Assembly: GCF_036321535.1 (NCBI RefSeq)
Contig: NC_087436.1
Location: forward strand, 37,264,001 to 37,328,000
Origin: Camelus dromedarius
Lineage: Eukaryota
DNA length: 64,000 nt
Reading direction: 5' to 3'
Below are positions 12,666 to 24,280 of this stretch, in pieces (the stretch's first letter is position 1; every line of letters begins with the position of its first letter). A model generated the notes under the pieces. The model made no database searches and was not told the origin of the DNA. It saw only the letters and a program-made list of their open reading frames with translations. The translations under genes and the position numbers were made by a program.

Positions 12666-13539
12666 GTAGGAGGGTACATTAAAGGAGTGGCAGTGGAATT
12701 AAATAGACAGATAAATACAGAAGTATATTATGAGATTATTATATGTTATTCATATAGAATTGTTTTTTGTAGGTGTAATGCTTATACCTGTCCCTTTTAC
12801 ACTATCAAATTGTCAAAGAAAAATGATCATTACTGAGTCTTTGCCTTGGCTTAGAAATATGGGCTGTGTGGAGGAGTTTGAGCTTTCTTTCTATTCCATT
12901 TCTTCTGCACAAATTTATAATGAGTTTTATATATGTGGTTACATACCACATAAATCTTCTAAATATTTGTACAGCTTAAGAGGCCAACAAACCCAAAGCA
13001 AGATAACAAAGTGGCTATTAGCCCTCTGGCAGTGTAGTAAAAGACTCAGAAAGCTGGCTAACAATAAATAAGCTTTAGTTCTATGTAATTTACATGGAGA
13101 AAGAAAAATATTATGCTTGGTATGTAAAAAAAAAAAATCTCCTACAAAGTTGATTCAGTGCCAAAGTTATCGAATAAGATTTATTAAACAGTAATTACTG
13201 TTAAAATATATCACACAGAACACAAATTTTTTTTTGTCTGGTTCATTTCAGGCTAAACAATGGTACAGTTCCCTACCTTAAAGATGAATGTGATCAGCAT
13301 TCAATGAAATTTTTTTTAATAAAAACTTATTGCAGACTGACAGATGGTTATTTATTACCACAATGAATAACACTTTTTTTGGAGACAGTTTATGTAGGAA
13401 GAACTATTTGTAATAGCTATACTTCACACACCAGGGTTTCAAAGACTATTTCATATCACGGTAAGTTTCTTTGTTTTACAAGCAGGAAACAAAAGTCATT
13501 CATTATATAAGCAATTTTCTTATTCAGAATTCTTAGTGG

Positions 13540-13970
13540 TCAAAAAGGGCCTGCTTTAACTAGTTTAAACAGAACATAAATTTATTAACAGGAGTTATGT
13601 GACCATAGAAATCTCTAGCAGATTTGGAGGCTGAAAAGCCAGGAGCACTGCTCAAATCATGCCCTGCTGCTGATGGGCTCAGGTGTGGCAGCTCATATCA
13701 TCCAAGACTGGCTTCTGATGCTGCTATTAGATGTTTCGTCTCAAAACAGAAGGATGTCTGTCATACCACTTTTACCTTGGATAAATGTGTTTCACCCAGC
13801 TCCTCCCTCTTCCTGTTAGTCTTGCCCTGAGCAGTTAATGGGCAGAACCTTCAGTCACTACCGGAGTCCTGGTTACGAAGGATCTGGGAAAACTCTTTGC
13901 TGGCTTTTACTTTGGGGAGGTGGGCCTTTTATGGTGGGAAATTTCCATACACTGCAAGACTGTGCACAGG
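13540..13970. mobile_element. Old MaLR LTR relic (MLT1M/N-like)
   Basis: Terminal 'actagtttaaacagaacataaatttatt' and internal 'gggcagaacctt...aaggatctgggaaa' motifs. Confidence 0.4.
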
Positions 13971-14624
13971 TTATGCAGCGTCAATATATGACAAATATCG
14001 ACTACACTGCATCCTCTGACAAAGCAAGAAGTCAGTCACAGACAAGGGAATATAATCCCTCTGAATCTCTGGTCTGGTTTCATTTGGTCGTGTCCTGTAT
14101 CTAAAGCAATTTTAAAGCAGCTCAAGAGTGAGAAGCTAATGCAAAAGTGGCAGTGGCCCTTGAACATTGTGATATCAGTTGATTTTAACTTCATGATTTT
14201 GAATTTGTATGTCAAGTATAGATGTGCCTAATATACAGTAGTCAAGATATGGCAATAACTTGCTAAAACTGTTGACTATAGGAGTAAGATATTAAAAAAT
14301 TATTTCCAGATACTAATATGTTTGTAAATGTCACCTTTTTACAAAACCCCAAGGGTGATCTAGAAAATATAGGTTGACTTTCTTTTTAAATTCATTTCAT
14401 AAAGAAAGTGAGGGACCTTAAGGGGTAAGTGTCAATTAAACAGACCCAGTGTATGGTGGAATCTGTCTGGGAGAGATGGAACTCAGTTATCCCAGAGAGG
14501 TGGTGGGTGATGTGAGGAGATGGGAATGACTGGAACTTCTTTCGATGATGTAGGTTCAGGGAGAGGTAATGCTAGTTTTCTTCAGGTTTCACCTGGAGAG
14601 AAAAATAGAAAGGTAGTAGGAGGC

Positions 14625-15070
14625 AGATTAGGGTTCTAGTCGCAAACAACAGAAACCAAATCTGGACAGCTTTGAGAGAAAAAATATATACTGGAAACAT
14701 ACATTTGGTGGCTTACAGAAGAATCATGCCTGGAAAATAGCCACAAGCCAAGGAAGTCTGGGTATCTGAAAACATGGCCAAATTCATATCTCAGAAAAAT
14801 CTGGTAGAATGCCACTTGTGCTGCTGCTGGAAAACACTTGTCACCATCAATGGAAGCTCAACTCTGCAGTCATTCCTGTGAGTAACTGGATGGTTCTGCA
14901 CTTTACATAACACCCTCAGGATTCTTCTGTGGAAGCTTCTACTGGCAGAGTTGGAGCTACATGCTCTGCTCATAGCTGCCAAGGACTTTCTGGGTTTGAT
15001 GATGGGGTGGGGATGCAGTGGTGGTGAGACTTTGTCTCCTAAAAATATCTGCGAAGGGGCATTCCTTCCC
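14625..15070. mobile_element. Old MaLR LTR relic (MLT1N/O-like)
   Basis: Begins 'attagggttctagtcgcaaacaacagaaacc', a typical MLT1 terminus. Confidence 0.5.
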
Positions 15071-15826
15071 CCAGATAGGAAGGATAATCATGTAATTAAA
15101 AGTAATAGCCCCAGCTTTGACAGATATCCACCACTTGGGGGTCAACAGCCCTCTGTTGTGGGGAATAATATCATGTACTTGGGCTTCCCACAATCTGCAT
15201 GGGTTGGCCTGGGGAGGAGAAAGGACATCTATATTAGGGCTTGCTTAGTAGGGAGAGGCATCCTGTCCAGAATAACGTGGATGGTCAAAGGGCCTGGACA
15301 AGTCAGTTGGAATCACAGCTGTTGGGGAGGTGACTAGGGGAAATGTAAGAGTGGCAACAGTAGGGGAAGAGCAGTCAGGGGATGTAGATGGTAGCCAGGG
15401 ACTCATGGGGCTGATTCTGCTCTGAGATGAGCTGCCGAGCATCTCAGTGGTATCCTCAACCATTGACAGCAGGGCAGCTGGTGAATAGAAAGGGATGAAA
15501 AGGAGGCTGGGATTTCAGAATGATGCTTCTAGGGGTTTTGTTGCTAATATTGAATTACCCAACACCCATTGATTATCCTTCCCAGGGCCAGTGGCCAGGT
15601 ATATTATCAACATAGCTTTATTCATCTTTCTTAAAGAATAATGGCTCTACGATTTTTGTTAAAATGATATATTCCATTATTTAAAACAAAAAAATATAGG
15701 GAAGTCCATAACAAAAGTAAGGTATCCTCTCAATTCCACCCTCTGCAAAAAATCATTACTATTTGGTGAATATTGTCTAGACATGTCTTTATTTTATATA
15801 GATGGGTAGCTAAAACAACAGTTATA

Positions 15827-15927
15827 GCATGGTTAGGGTGCACAAGGTCCTGGGTTCAATCCCCAGTACATCTTCTAAAAACAAATAGACCTAATTACCT
15901 CCCCCTTGCAAAAAAAAAGAATTTCTT
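15827..15927 (+). mobile_element. 5'-truncated tRNA-derived SINE (camelid Vic-1-like)
   Basis: Pol III B box ggttcaatcc, 'acctaattacctccccc' tail motif and A-tract. Exact 17-bp TSD ctaaaacaacagttata at 15810-15826 and 15928-15944. Confidence 0.85.
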
Positions 15928-16069
15928 CTAAAACAACAGTTATATAAGTAGAAATAATTTTAGGAAAATGGGATCTAAATATGTGATTTAAATGTAAAAC
16001 ATATTAAAAATATTCCTACACATAAAAATTTAGGGGGTAAATTTTTTACCATCATATAATATAGCAAAA

Positions 16070-17150
16070 TGACAACTTTCTACAAATCTACTTTTTAATT
16101 ACCAATGGGTATAGTAAAGCTTGATGCATTTTTATAAATGAATACAGCTATACAACTACAACCCAGATCAAAATTTAGAACATCCCCAGCCTCCCAGTCA
16201 GTTTTCTACTCCCAAAGATAACCACTATTCTGATTTCTATCACCAATGGTTAGTTTTGGTTGTTTCTGAACTGCGTAAAATGAAGTATTCTTTTGTGTCT
16301 GGCTTCTTTTGTACATTGTCAGTGTCTCTGAGATTCATCCACGTTGCTGAATGTAGTAATAATTCGGTCTTTTTCATAACTGTATATATGCCATTGTATA
16401 ACAGACTACAATTAACTTATTCATTCTACTACTGATGGGCATTAAGGTTGTTGCCAGTTTTTGCCTGTTATGAATAAAGCTTCTATGAATATTTTATGTT
16501 GTTTGGTGCGTATATGCACTCATTTCATTGAGCGTATATCTAAGAGTGAAACTGTTGGATCATGCATATGTTCAGATTTAGCAGATATTGACAACTTTAC
16601 AAAGAGGCTGTACCACTTTATATACATCTTTGCTAATATTTGGTAATTAAAAAAAAAATCATCCTGGTGGTTTGTAGTGTTATCGTATTGCAGTTTCTTT
16701 TTTTTTTTTTTAACATTTTTTATTGATTTATAATCATTTTACAATGTTGTGTCAAATTCCAGTGTTCAGCACAATTTTTCAGTCATACATGGACATATAT
16801 ACACTCATTGTCACATTTTTTTCTCTGTGAGCTACCATAACATTTTGTGTATATTTCCCTGTGCTATACAGTATAATCTTGTTTATCTATTCTACAATTT
16901 TGAAATCCCAGTCTATCCCTTCCCACCCTCCGCCCCCCTGTATTGCAGTTTCAATTGGCATTTATTATGACCAAAGATGAGCATCTTTTCATATACTTAT
17001 TGGCTATTTGAATGTCCTTTTCTTCTGAAGTCTTTTACCTATTGTTAAAAAATTGAATTGTTTCTCCTCCTCATTGCTTTTTAGAAGATTCATATACTCT
17101 GAAGATGCCTTTTGACAGATATTTGAATTCAAATGTCTTTTTTCACATAA
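16070..17150 (-). mobile_element. Old L1M 3' region, interrupted by a young L1
   Basis: L1M 3' UTR/ORF2 antisense motifs (gtgtctggcttctt, gagattcatccacgttg, gagcatcttttcatatacttattggc). Confidence 0.8.
16698..16939 (-). mobile_element. Very young 242-bp LINE-1 3' end
   Basis: Clean poly(T) and exact 13-bp TSD gtattgcagtttc at 16685-16697 and 16940-16952. Confidence 0.93.
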
Positions 17151-17456
17151 CCTTAAAAAATGTCATTTGCCTAGAATTTCACATGATCCTGGGATTTAAG
17201 TATTTCATTTTACAGTTAAACAAATAGATTTAACAAATCTAAATGATTTGCCCATGGTGCCATAGAGGGCTAGAGATAGGAGTTAGGGTTATCTTCTCTC
17301 ATGTTTCTCTCTCTCTCTTTTTACTCTAATACTCTGTTTATCCTAAAAATTAAAAGTAAGTAATTTAATCAACATACAAAGTCTTCACGACACAGTCTTA
17401 TTCTACAGATATTTGGATCTGTTTTCTTTTCATTTATTAGTCCAAATCTTGAGGCT

Positions 17457-17524
17457 CTCATCAAATTTACTGTTAATTGTCAAGTGAAAGCTCATCAAAC
17501 TTACTGTTAATCCTCAAGTGAAAG
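17457..17524. repeat. Tandem duplication, 2 x 34 bp
   Basis: ctcatcaaatttactgttaattgtcaagtgaaag / ctcatcaaacttactgttaatcctcaagtgaaag, 31/34 identical. Confidence 0.92.
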
Positions 17525-17682
17525 CAGGGAGACTTTATGTTTTCTCAAGGAAGAAAAATATAATCCAAAACATAGTTCTTGAACCCCATTTATTTGATAA
17601 GCTGCATGAAGCAAAGGTTTTCTTAAATGGTAAAATTTGCTCTAAGCAGTGGCTCTGTAGTTTGTGGTTGTCCTTGATAGTA

Positions 17683-17730
17683 AGATATAGATATAGATAT
17701 AGATACAGATATAGATGTAGATAGATATAT
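17683..17730. repeat. (AGATAT)n microsatellite
   Basis: Directly visible hexamer repeat. Confidence 0.9.
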
Positions 17731-19902
17731 AAACTTTGAGGAGAGAAGTGGTCTGTAAGCCAGGTCTGTGTTCTGGCAGATCCTTGCAACAAGATGTTTT
17801 CAGGTAAAAAAAATCAAACAAAAACATAGACTGATGCTTACCTTCCCTGTTACTATTGGCATTACAGAAGTGTGTGCAGCTGAACTGTTAGTAGAACTGG
17901 CCAGGAAATGGGGACCTTAAAAACCCTGACAGATAATTGTCAATGAAGATAAACCGCCATGAAGGCCACCAAATTCAAAGAGGGCCAAATGTGAGCTGCC
18001 TGCTCCTTTCTAAATGTGCAGCCAGGGGATCTGAAGGCAGTAAAACAGCTTTGAACAACTAATGTCTGAGAAAGGACTAACCATCTTCTGTAGATCCTCT
18101 GGTCCCAGGCTTCGTTATTCTGGCACCTGGAGCACAGCCACAGGGCTGTTGTGTGAGTGGATGGACGGTAGGTGCCCGTGTTGTGTTAGTAGTCAGTGAC
18201 TGTGTAGGTTGGTTGGTTTTATTGGTGTTTGGGGGTCATCACCTTTGCAAAAACATCTCTTCAAGGGATTATATTTCATTTTGGAAGGTCATCATTGTAC
18301 GGTCAAGGGTACAGATGCGCTCAATCCTCTGCAGTCGAAGAACATCTGGCTGCACTGACCCTGAGTGTCAGCATTTTGCATGGGACTGGCGTCACTGCTT
18401 TCTTCTGAATGCCTGCTTGAGACAGTTATTTAACATCTCTGCTCAAAGACAAAGTGAGGTCACTTACAGATTGGGTTGAAAAGGAGGTGATGACATTCAC
18501 GAATTAGTAATTATTCCTGGGGGATCTCACCTCACAACTTCAAGTTTGGATATTGCTTAAAATACGCCTTTCAAAGATCACTTTAAAAAGCAATACAGTG
18601 AAATTTTCCATTAAAAATACTGAACTACATTTCCAATTAAAAACAAAACAAAAACTACTATCTAAAAGCTTATGGAATAAATAATTTTGTGTAAAATTTC
18701 TGGAGATGGCATCTAAAGAGAGTCAAAAAATGTGACATCCCAAATAATTTAGACGGAAAAAAAGATGATAAGCTCTGAAAAATGTGTTGTTTATTTCTCT
18801 CTCTCTAGAGACAGTGATACCAAGAGCTGGAATAGTTTCATGCAATCTAAGGATGGGGCAAAAATCAATGTTTTTAAATTGCCATGTTAATTGTCATTGT
18901 ATATGATTTTTACATAATACGCAATTTTAAATATGTGTGTACAAACTGAACAAACTGCATTTATGGAGTGGTTTATCTATTTCATCTACATCCTTAAAAG
19001 ATTATGTAATCAAGCCTTTTATTTGGAGGATTGCCTCATTGGGAAATGGAGACCATCTTATATTTGGTATAATTTACTGCTCGGGCTTAGTTGCTGCTTT
19101 CAGCCCTTTTATGCTTTGCAGAGCCCAGGGAAGCGTGTTCTACCACTGACACTGTTTGAATTGCCACCCCAGGTATAGGCAATAACATACCATGTTGTCT
19201 TGAATTGAAGAACAGTAATAAAACCAACCAAAATAGAGCCTTATTTCTATTATTACCATATGCTGACCACTCTAAATACTATCAGTGGTAAATACTCTTC
19301 TTCACCAGGCTGTTCTCTCTCATTAATTCCCCCCTCCCCACTTTCCCCACTCATCACCATGTCACCGGACCCTTTTTAGTTTTTGAAGCAACAGCATAAG
19401 AAATGTCTGGAAACAAAAAGGAGAAGAAGATGACAATAACTGTAATTTCTCAAACGATCGAGTTTTGCCAAACTGGAACCTTAGAGTAGGTAAGTGCTAA
19501 ATTGTAGAAAAATCATTGGCATGGGAGACAGGAGACGGAGAAACCCATTTTTGTCACTTGGGTAAGCCATTTCACCTTTAGTACCTTCTATATATATATA
19601 TATATTTTTTTTTTTTTTAAGAAAAGAGACAATGAGGAGGGATGAACATGATGATTTCCAAAATTACTTCCAGTTCTTAGCTTCTGGACTCTGATATAGG
19701 AGTCATGGCTGACAAAACTTAGATTGAAGGCTTGCTCTGTCCCTAACTAATGTGATCTTTAGGAAGTAACTTAACCGGCCTCAGTTTTGTAGGTTAAAGT
19801 ACAAGCTCCTCAGTGTACCTTAAAAGGCATAGGTTCTGTTTCATGTCTCACGCCACATGTTTTGTACTTGACACTCCATTAAAATCTAATTTAAAATAGT
19901 TT

Positions 19903-20540
19903 TTGAATTTTAGTGGGAAGGTTTTCAACTTTTCACTGTTGAGTATTATGCTGGCTGTAGGTTTGTCGTAAATAGTTATTATTATGTTGAGATATGTTCC
20001 CTCTATACCCACTTTGGTTAGAGTTTTTATCATAAATGGGTATTGAATTTTATCAGATGCTTTTTTGGCATCTACTGAGATGTTCATGTGATTTTGGTCA
20101 TTTCTCTTGTTGATGTGAATCACGTTGATTGATTTGCGTATGTTGAATCATCCTTGTGTTCCTGGGATGAATCCAACTTGATCATGGTATATGATCTCTT
20201 TTATGTGTTGTTGGATTCTGTTTGCTAATATTTTGTTGAGGATTTTTGCATCTATGTTCATCAATGATATTGGCCTATAGTTTTCGTTTTTGGTAGTGTC
20301 TTCGTCTGGCTTTGGTATCAGGGTGATTGTGGCTTCATAGAATGAGTGTGGGAGTGTTCCCTCCTCCTCAAACTTTTGGAAGAGTTTGAGAAGGATTCAA
20401 TCAATATCTTTAGTAACCTGTAATGAAAAAGAATATGAAAACATATATATATGTATATATATGTATGATAGAACTATTATATATATGTGCAACAGAAATT
20501 GACACAACATTGTAAACTGACTATACTTCAATTAAAAAAA
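19903..20540 (+). mobile_element. LINE-1 insertion with 5' inversion
   Basis: Minus-strand RT segment (about 19905-20398) joined to a plus-strand 3' end with A tail (about 20399-20540). TSD aaaatagttt at 19893-19902 and 20537-20546. Confidence 0.85.
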
Positions 20541-21084
20541 TAGTTTCTGCAACTGTACTTTTATATTAACTCTGGACTTCTATTAACTCTGGTGTTCCTT
20601 TGGAGAAGAGAAAATCAGTTGATCAGTCTAGAGAATTTTAGAGTATTTTCTGATGTAAAGACATTTGCTGACACTGTTGAAGTAGGTACATTTGGGTGAA
20701 TGGTTATATATATTAAAAAAAAGCCCTCTCCACATTTTATCATTTTGTGGTTCCATCAAAATTCAACCTTCTTTCATCACCATAACAACCCACAGCTCAT
20801 GACAAATGTCAGATCATTATCAGGAAAGATATGAGGACAAGTCTGCCAATCTTTCCATACATTTTGTAGTTATTTTTTATTCAGATCTTTATTTAGATCA
20901 CTTGGCATATGTTGCATAGAGAACCTTCTTGTGAACCCTTAAATTTTCAGTTAGGGAACAGACGTTTTTGATATCTTGGCACAAAGGGTATCTCTTGGGT
21001 CTTTTTCTGATAAACAGATACCGAAATTACATACACCTTACAAGAGTGAAGGAGAAGACAAAATGCTATAAACCAAAAGGGAGG

Positions 21085-21320
21085 CAATACAGTACAATGC
21101 ATAGAAGTACAGACTGCTAGTCAGAGGGCTTGGGCTCATATCATAGCTCTGCGGTCTGTCAGCTGTTGGCTAACAGATTTGTTAGCAGGCAAGTTACTAA
21201 ATCTCTCTGGGCCTCAGTTTAATAATTCCTACTTCACAGGGTTGTCCTGAGAAACAATTAAGTTAAAGAAGAAAAGCACTTAGAGCGTGATAGGCACATA
21301 GTGTGTACTTACTGTATGCT
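21085..21320. mobile_element. MIR SINE relic
   Basis: 'ggcaagttactaaatctctctgggcctcagttt...cctacttcacagggttgt...aagcacttagag'. Confidence 0.7.
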
Positions 21321-23989
21321 AGGTCTTGTTATTACAGGTCATCTGTGGATAGCCTTGCATAATAGATATAAACATGCCTGATGATGGAGGGATGTCACGG
21401 TTCTCCATTAGAGAACAACAGGGCAAGACACATAGCAGATTTGATTTCAAATTCTGGCCTCTTAAGCAGGATTCCTGTGTATGTCCCCTATTCTGATGGG
21501 AGTGTTCATCACACACTGTGATAAATTATCCTCTCTGCATCTCATCCATTTACCTACCTAATTAGTACCCCTCCTTCAAGACTCAAATCAGAGCTTATAT
21601 CCTTAGAAAAACTTCCAATGACTGTTCTCCTCAAGACTCCTTTCCTACCTCCACCATACTAGATGGTAATGAGCTTCTATGTGCTCTGATGGCCTCAGGG
21701 ACACGCCTCCATCATTGTCATCTTCATCTCACAGAAGTTACATGTTCAAGTTTTGGTCTACCTGAATAGACTATAATATCCTGGGAAGGCAGGCAGGCCC
21801 CAGATAATTTCCATGTTTGTATTTTCAGTGTCTATTACAGTACCAGGTTTATAATCTATACAGATGTGAGAGGCAGAAGGGGGCCAGCCCACTGCCTGGG
21901 AAAATGGCAATACCAGGAGTGGAGGTAGGGAATGCAGGGGGACCAGTAGGCTTAGGGAGGGGGAGATAAAGACTTGAGGGGTGGGCAGATTCAACTAAAG
22001 GCAGAACATCTGCTGTAGGAAATAATGATTGTAATTAAGGAAAATTTAGGCTCAGAGAGGCTAAATTTGGGAGTCATCCAAATGTATATGAGATTTGAAA
22101 TCTTGGGAATGATGTTTGTGTCATTAGAGAGAATGGATGAGAAAAAAAGCCAAGAAAAGAATCCCAGGGAATGTCTACATTCAGTGGGTAGGACTCAGAT
22201 AAGGAGAATGAGAAGGACCGGACAGGGAGGGGAGCAGAGAGAAACCAGAGCTTTATGATGTCTGAGGAGCCAGGATAGTGGTGAAATCAAAGAAGTGATT
22301 AACAGCATCCAGTAGTTACTATTAAGTGAACAGATACAAATTGAGCATCAAATCTGTGCTGGGACAAAATGGTTGCAAGGTCTTTGTCCTCATGAAAATT
22401 AACTGGGATGAAGGGTGGGATGAGGACTAGAATGAAAAGAATAGATTTGTAGAAGCTGGTTACAACAGTGAGGAGCAAACCAGAGGTGAGATGTGGTCAA
22501 GAGAAAAGGAAGATGACTGTATTAAGCAGCCTGGCCCTTACTGGAAAGAGAGGAAATGATGGCCTGAAGGAAAAAGTATTATCTGAGGCAAGGTTTCATA
22601 TTGTACTTATTGAATTGTTCGGCTTTTTCACTGGAGAGACTTGAGCCCATTTCTAGGCTGAAGGATACCTGCCAGAGGGGAGGCAGAGGAGAGAGTGAGA
22701 GCACACATGGAGAGGATGAGATCAGGAACACGTGAGGAGCCGTCAGCCTGGAAACAGAGAGGCCCTTCTGAGGCAGAACGCAGAGAGGACACAGGGAGAA
22801 TGTTAATCACATCTGGAGACAGGAAAGAGAAGTTGACAGCGTTCATACTGGACGAATGGCATCTAGCTACTCTGAAAAGCAGAGGGGAAGAGGACCGGAT
22901 GTGGGTTCAGAGAGAGATGACAAGCACCAGCACAACGACCTTTGGTGGGGACCCTCCCCTGGGGATGGTTGCTGAGCAGCACTGAGATGGGAGGTCAGAC
23001 TGAAGTGGACCACGTGGGCACTCTTAGTCACGGAAATTAGAGTTTGAAAATTAAAGAAAAAAAAAAAAAGAGGGAAGGAGAAACTAAAAGTGTATTAAGA
23101 AACGTGCATCTCATAGATACACTTGGAATAGTCTTAGTTTAGATTCCAAATAGTGAGAAAATGCAGATCTGCCAGTTTACTTACGGAAATGGAAATGCCA
23201 TTCCTGAAGTTAATGAACAAAACCAAAACAAGATTCGATGGCAAGCTGTGGCTGCAGGCAGTGATCACAGAGTGCTGACTTTCCAGGACAAATTACTTCT
23301 TTTGAAGGCTGGGTTATAATGAAGTGGGAAGTGAACTGTGGCAGGATGTAGCCCTGGGACAGACAGGCTTTGCTTGGTGGGGACCTTTGGTGGAATGGAG
23401 CCCTTCCAGCTTGGATGGTTCACAATTCTGTTGTTCTCCTTTTCTTACACTGTAGCCTCAAATAGTTCCAAATTGGATATCTTATTTGTGATGTCAAAAC
23501 CATGCTGAGCCCTGGGAGAGGTGCATAAAGCTTTAGGGGAGCATTCTGCCAGGTTCTCTTCTCCAACTTGCTCAGTCCTGCTCACCTGCTCCCTAACAGG
23601 TGAATGGGGGAGCTGATGGGATTGCTCCCTGGGACACTTTGTAATTGAAAGGGTTGCTGTTCACAGTTCCTTCCTTACATGAGGTTGGCCCAAGTTTTCT
23701 CCTCCCCCGCTTCTTCTGTCTCTGGAAATGACTGGGTCAATAAGCCAGGGTTTGTGGCTCAGAATCCGCCATCTTCAACTGGAGGAAGAGAAAGCAGAGA
23801 ACCTACTACGGCCTCTAGGATGAAGCTGTGTCCTCCAGCTCTCAGGTTTTCGTAGAGAGCTTCATCTTGACTGATGGCAGGGGGAGGGGGCAGGCATTTT
23901 GCTTCTCATTGGCTGTTGTTGGCTATACCTCCCTCCCTCAGTAGGGAATTGTGTAGAAAGGACTGGAGTAAGAGGTATTTGTCATTGGG

Positions 23990-24280
23990 TCTGAAGAGAA
24001 CGTTGAGAAGAGAGAAGTGGCCCCATCTTTCTGAGATCAGGAGCTGTGAGGAGGGCACATTCCAGAGAGACTGATGTTAACACAGAGGGAAGCAGAACAA
24101 AGGATAGAGACAGAGACAGATCTTCAAGGACGTTGTTTTGAATGTCTGCTTTTATTGTGCCTGAATGTAGACCAACTCCTGGGCTCTCCATTATATAAGC
24201 CAACATTTTCCTATTTTTTTTTCACAGTCATTTGAGTTGGCTTTCTATCACTTGCCTTGAAGGAGTTCTGAATAAAATGA
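23990..24280 (+). mobile_element. Old LTR 3' part (MLT1/LTR16 class)
   Basis: Terminal 'atttgagttggctttctatcacttgcc' and 'gtgcctgaa...aagccaa' motifs. Confidence 0.5.

Noticed and set aside
13398..13460. Peptide ILHTPGFQRL resembles the SAMHD1/HD-domain motif IIDTPQFQRL
   Set aside because: Only a short match. Flanking residues disagree and no further HD-domain exons were found.
15840..15870. tRNA gene
   Set aside because: Only a B box is present. There is no cloverleaf or A box, and the TSD and A tail show it is a SINE.
17457..17524. CRISPR-like repeat
   Set aside because: Two adjacent copies with no spacer, in mammalian DNA.
17518..17827. ORFs with RYRYRY / YLYLYL repeats
   Set aside because: They are translations of the (AGATAT)n microsatellite.
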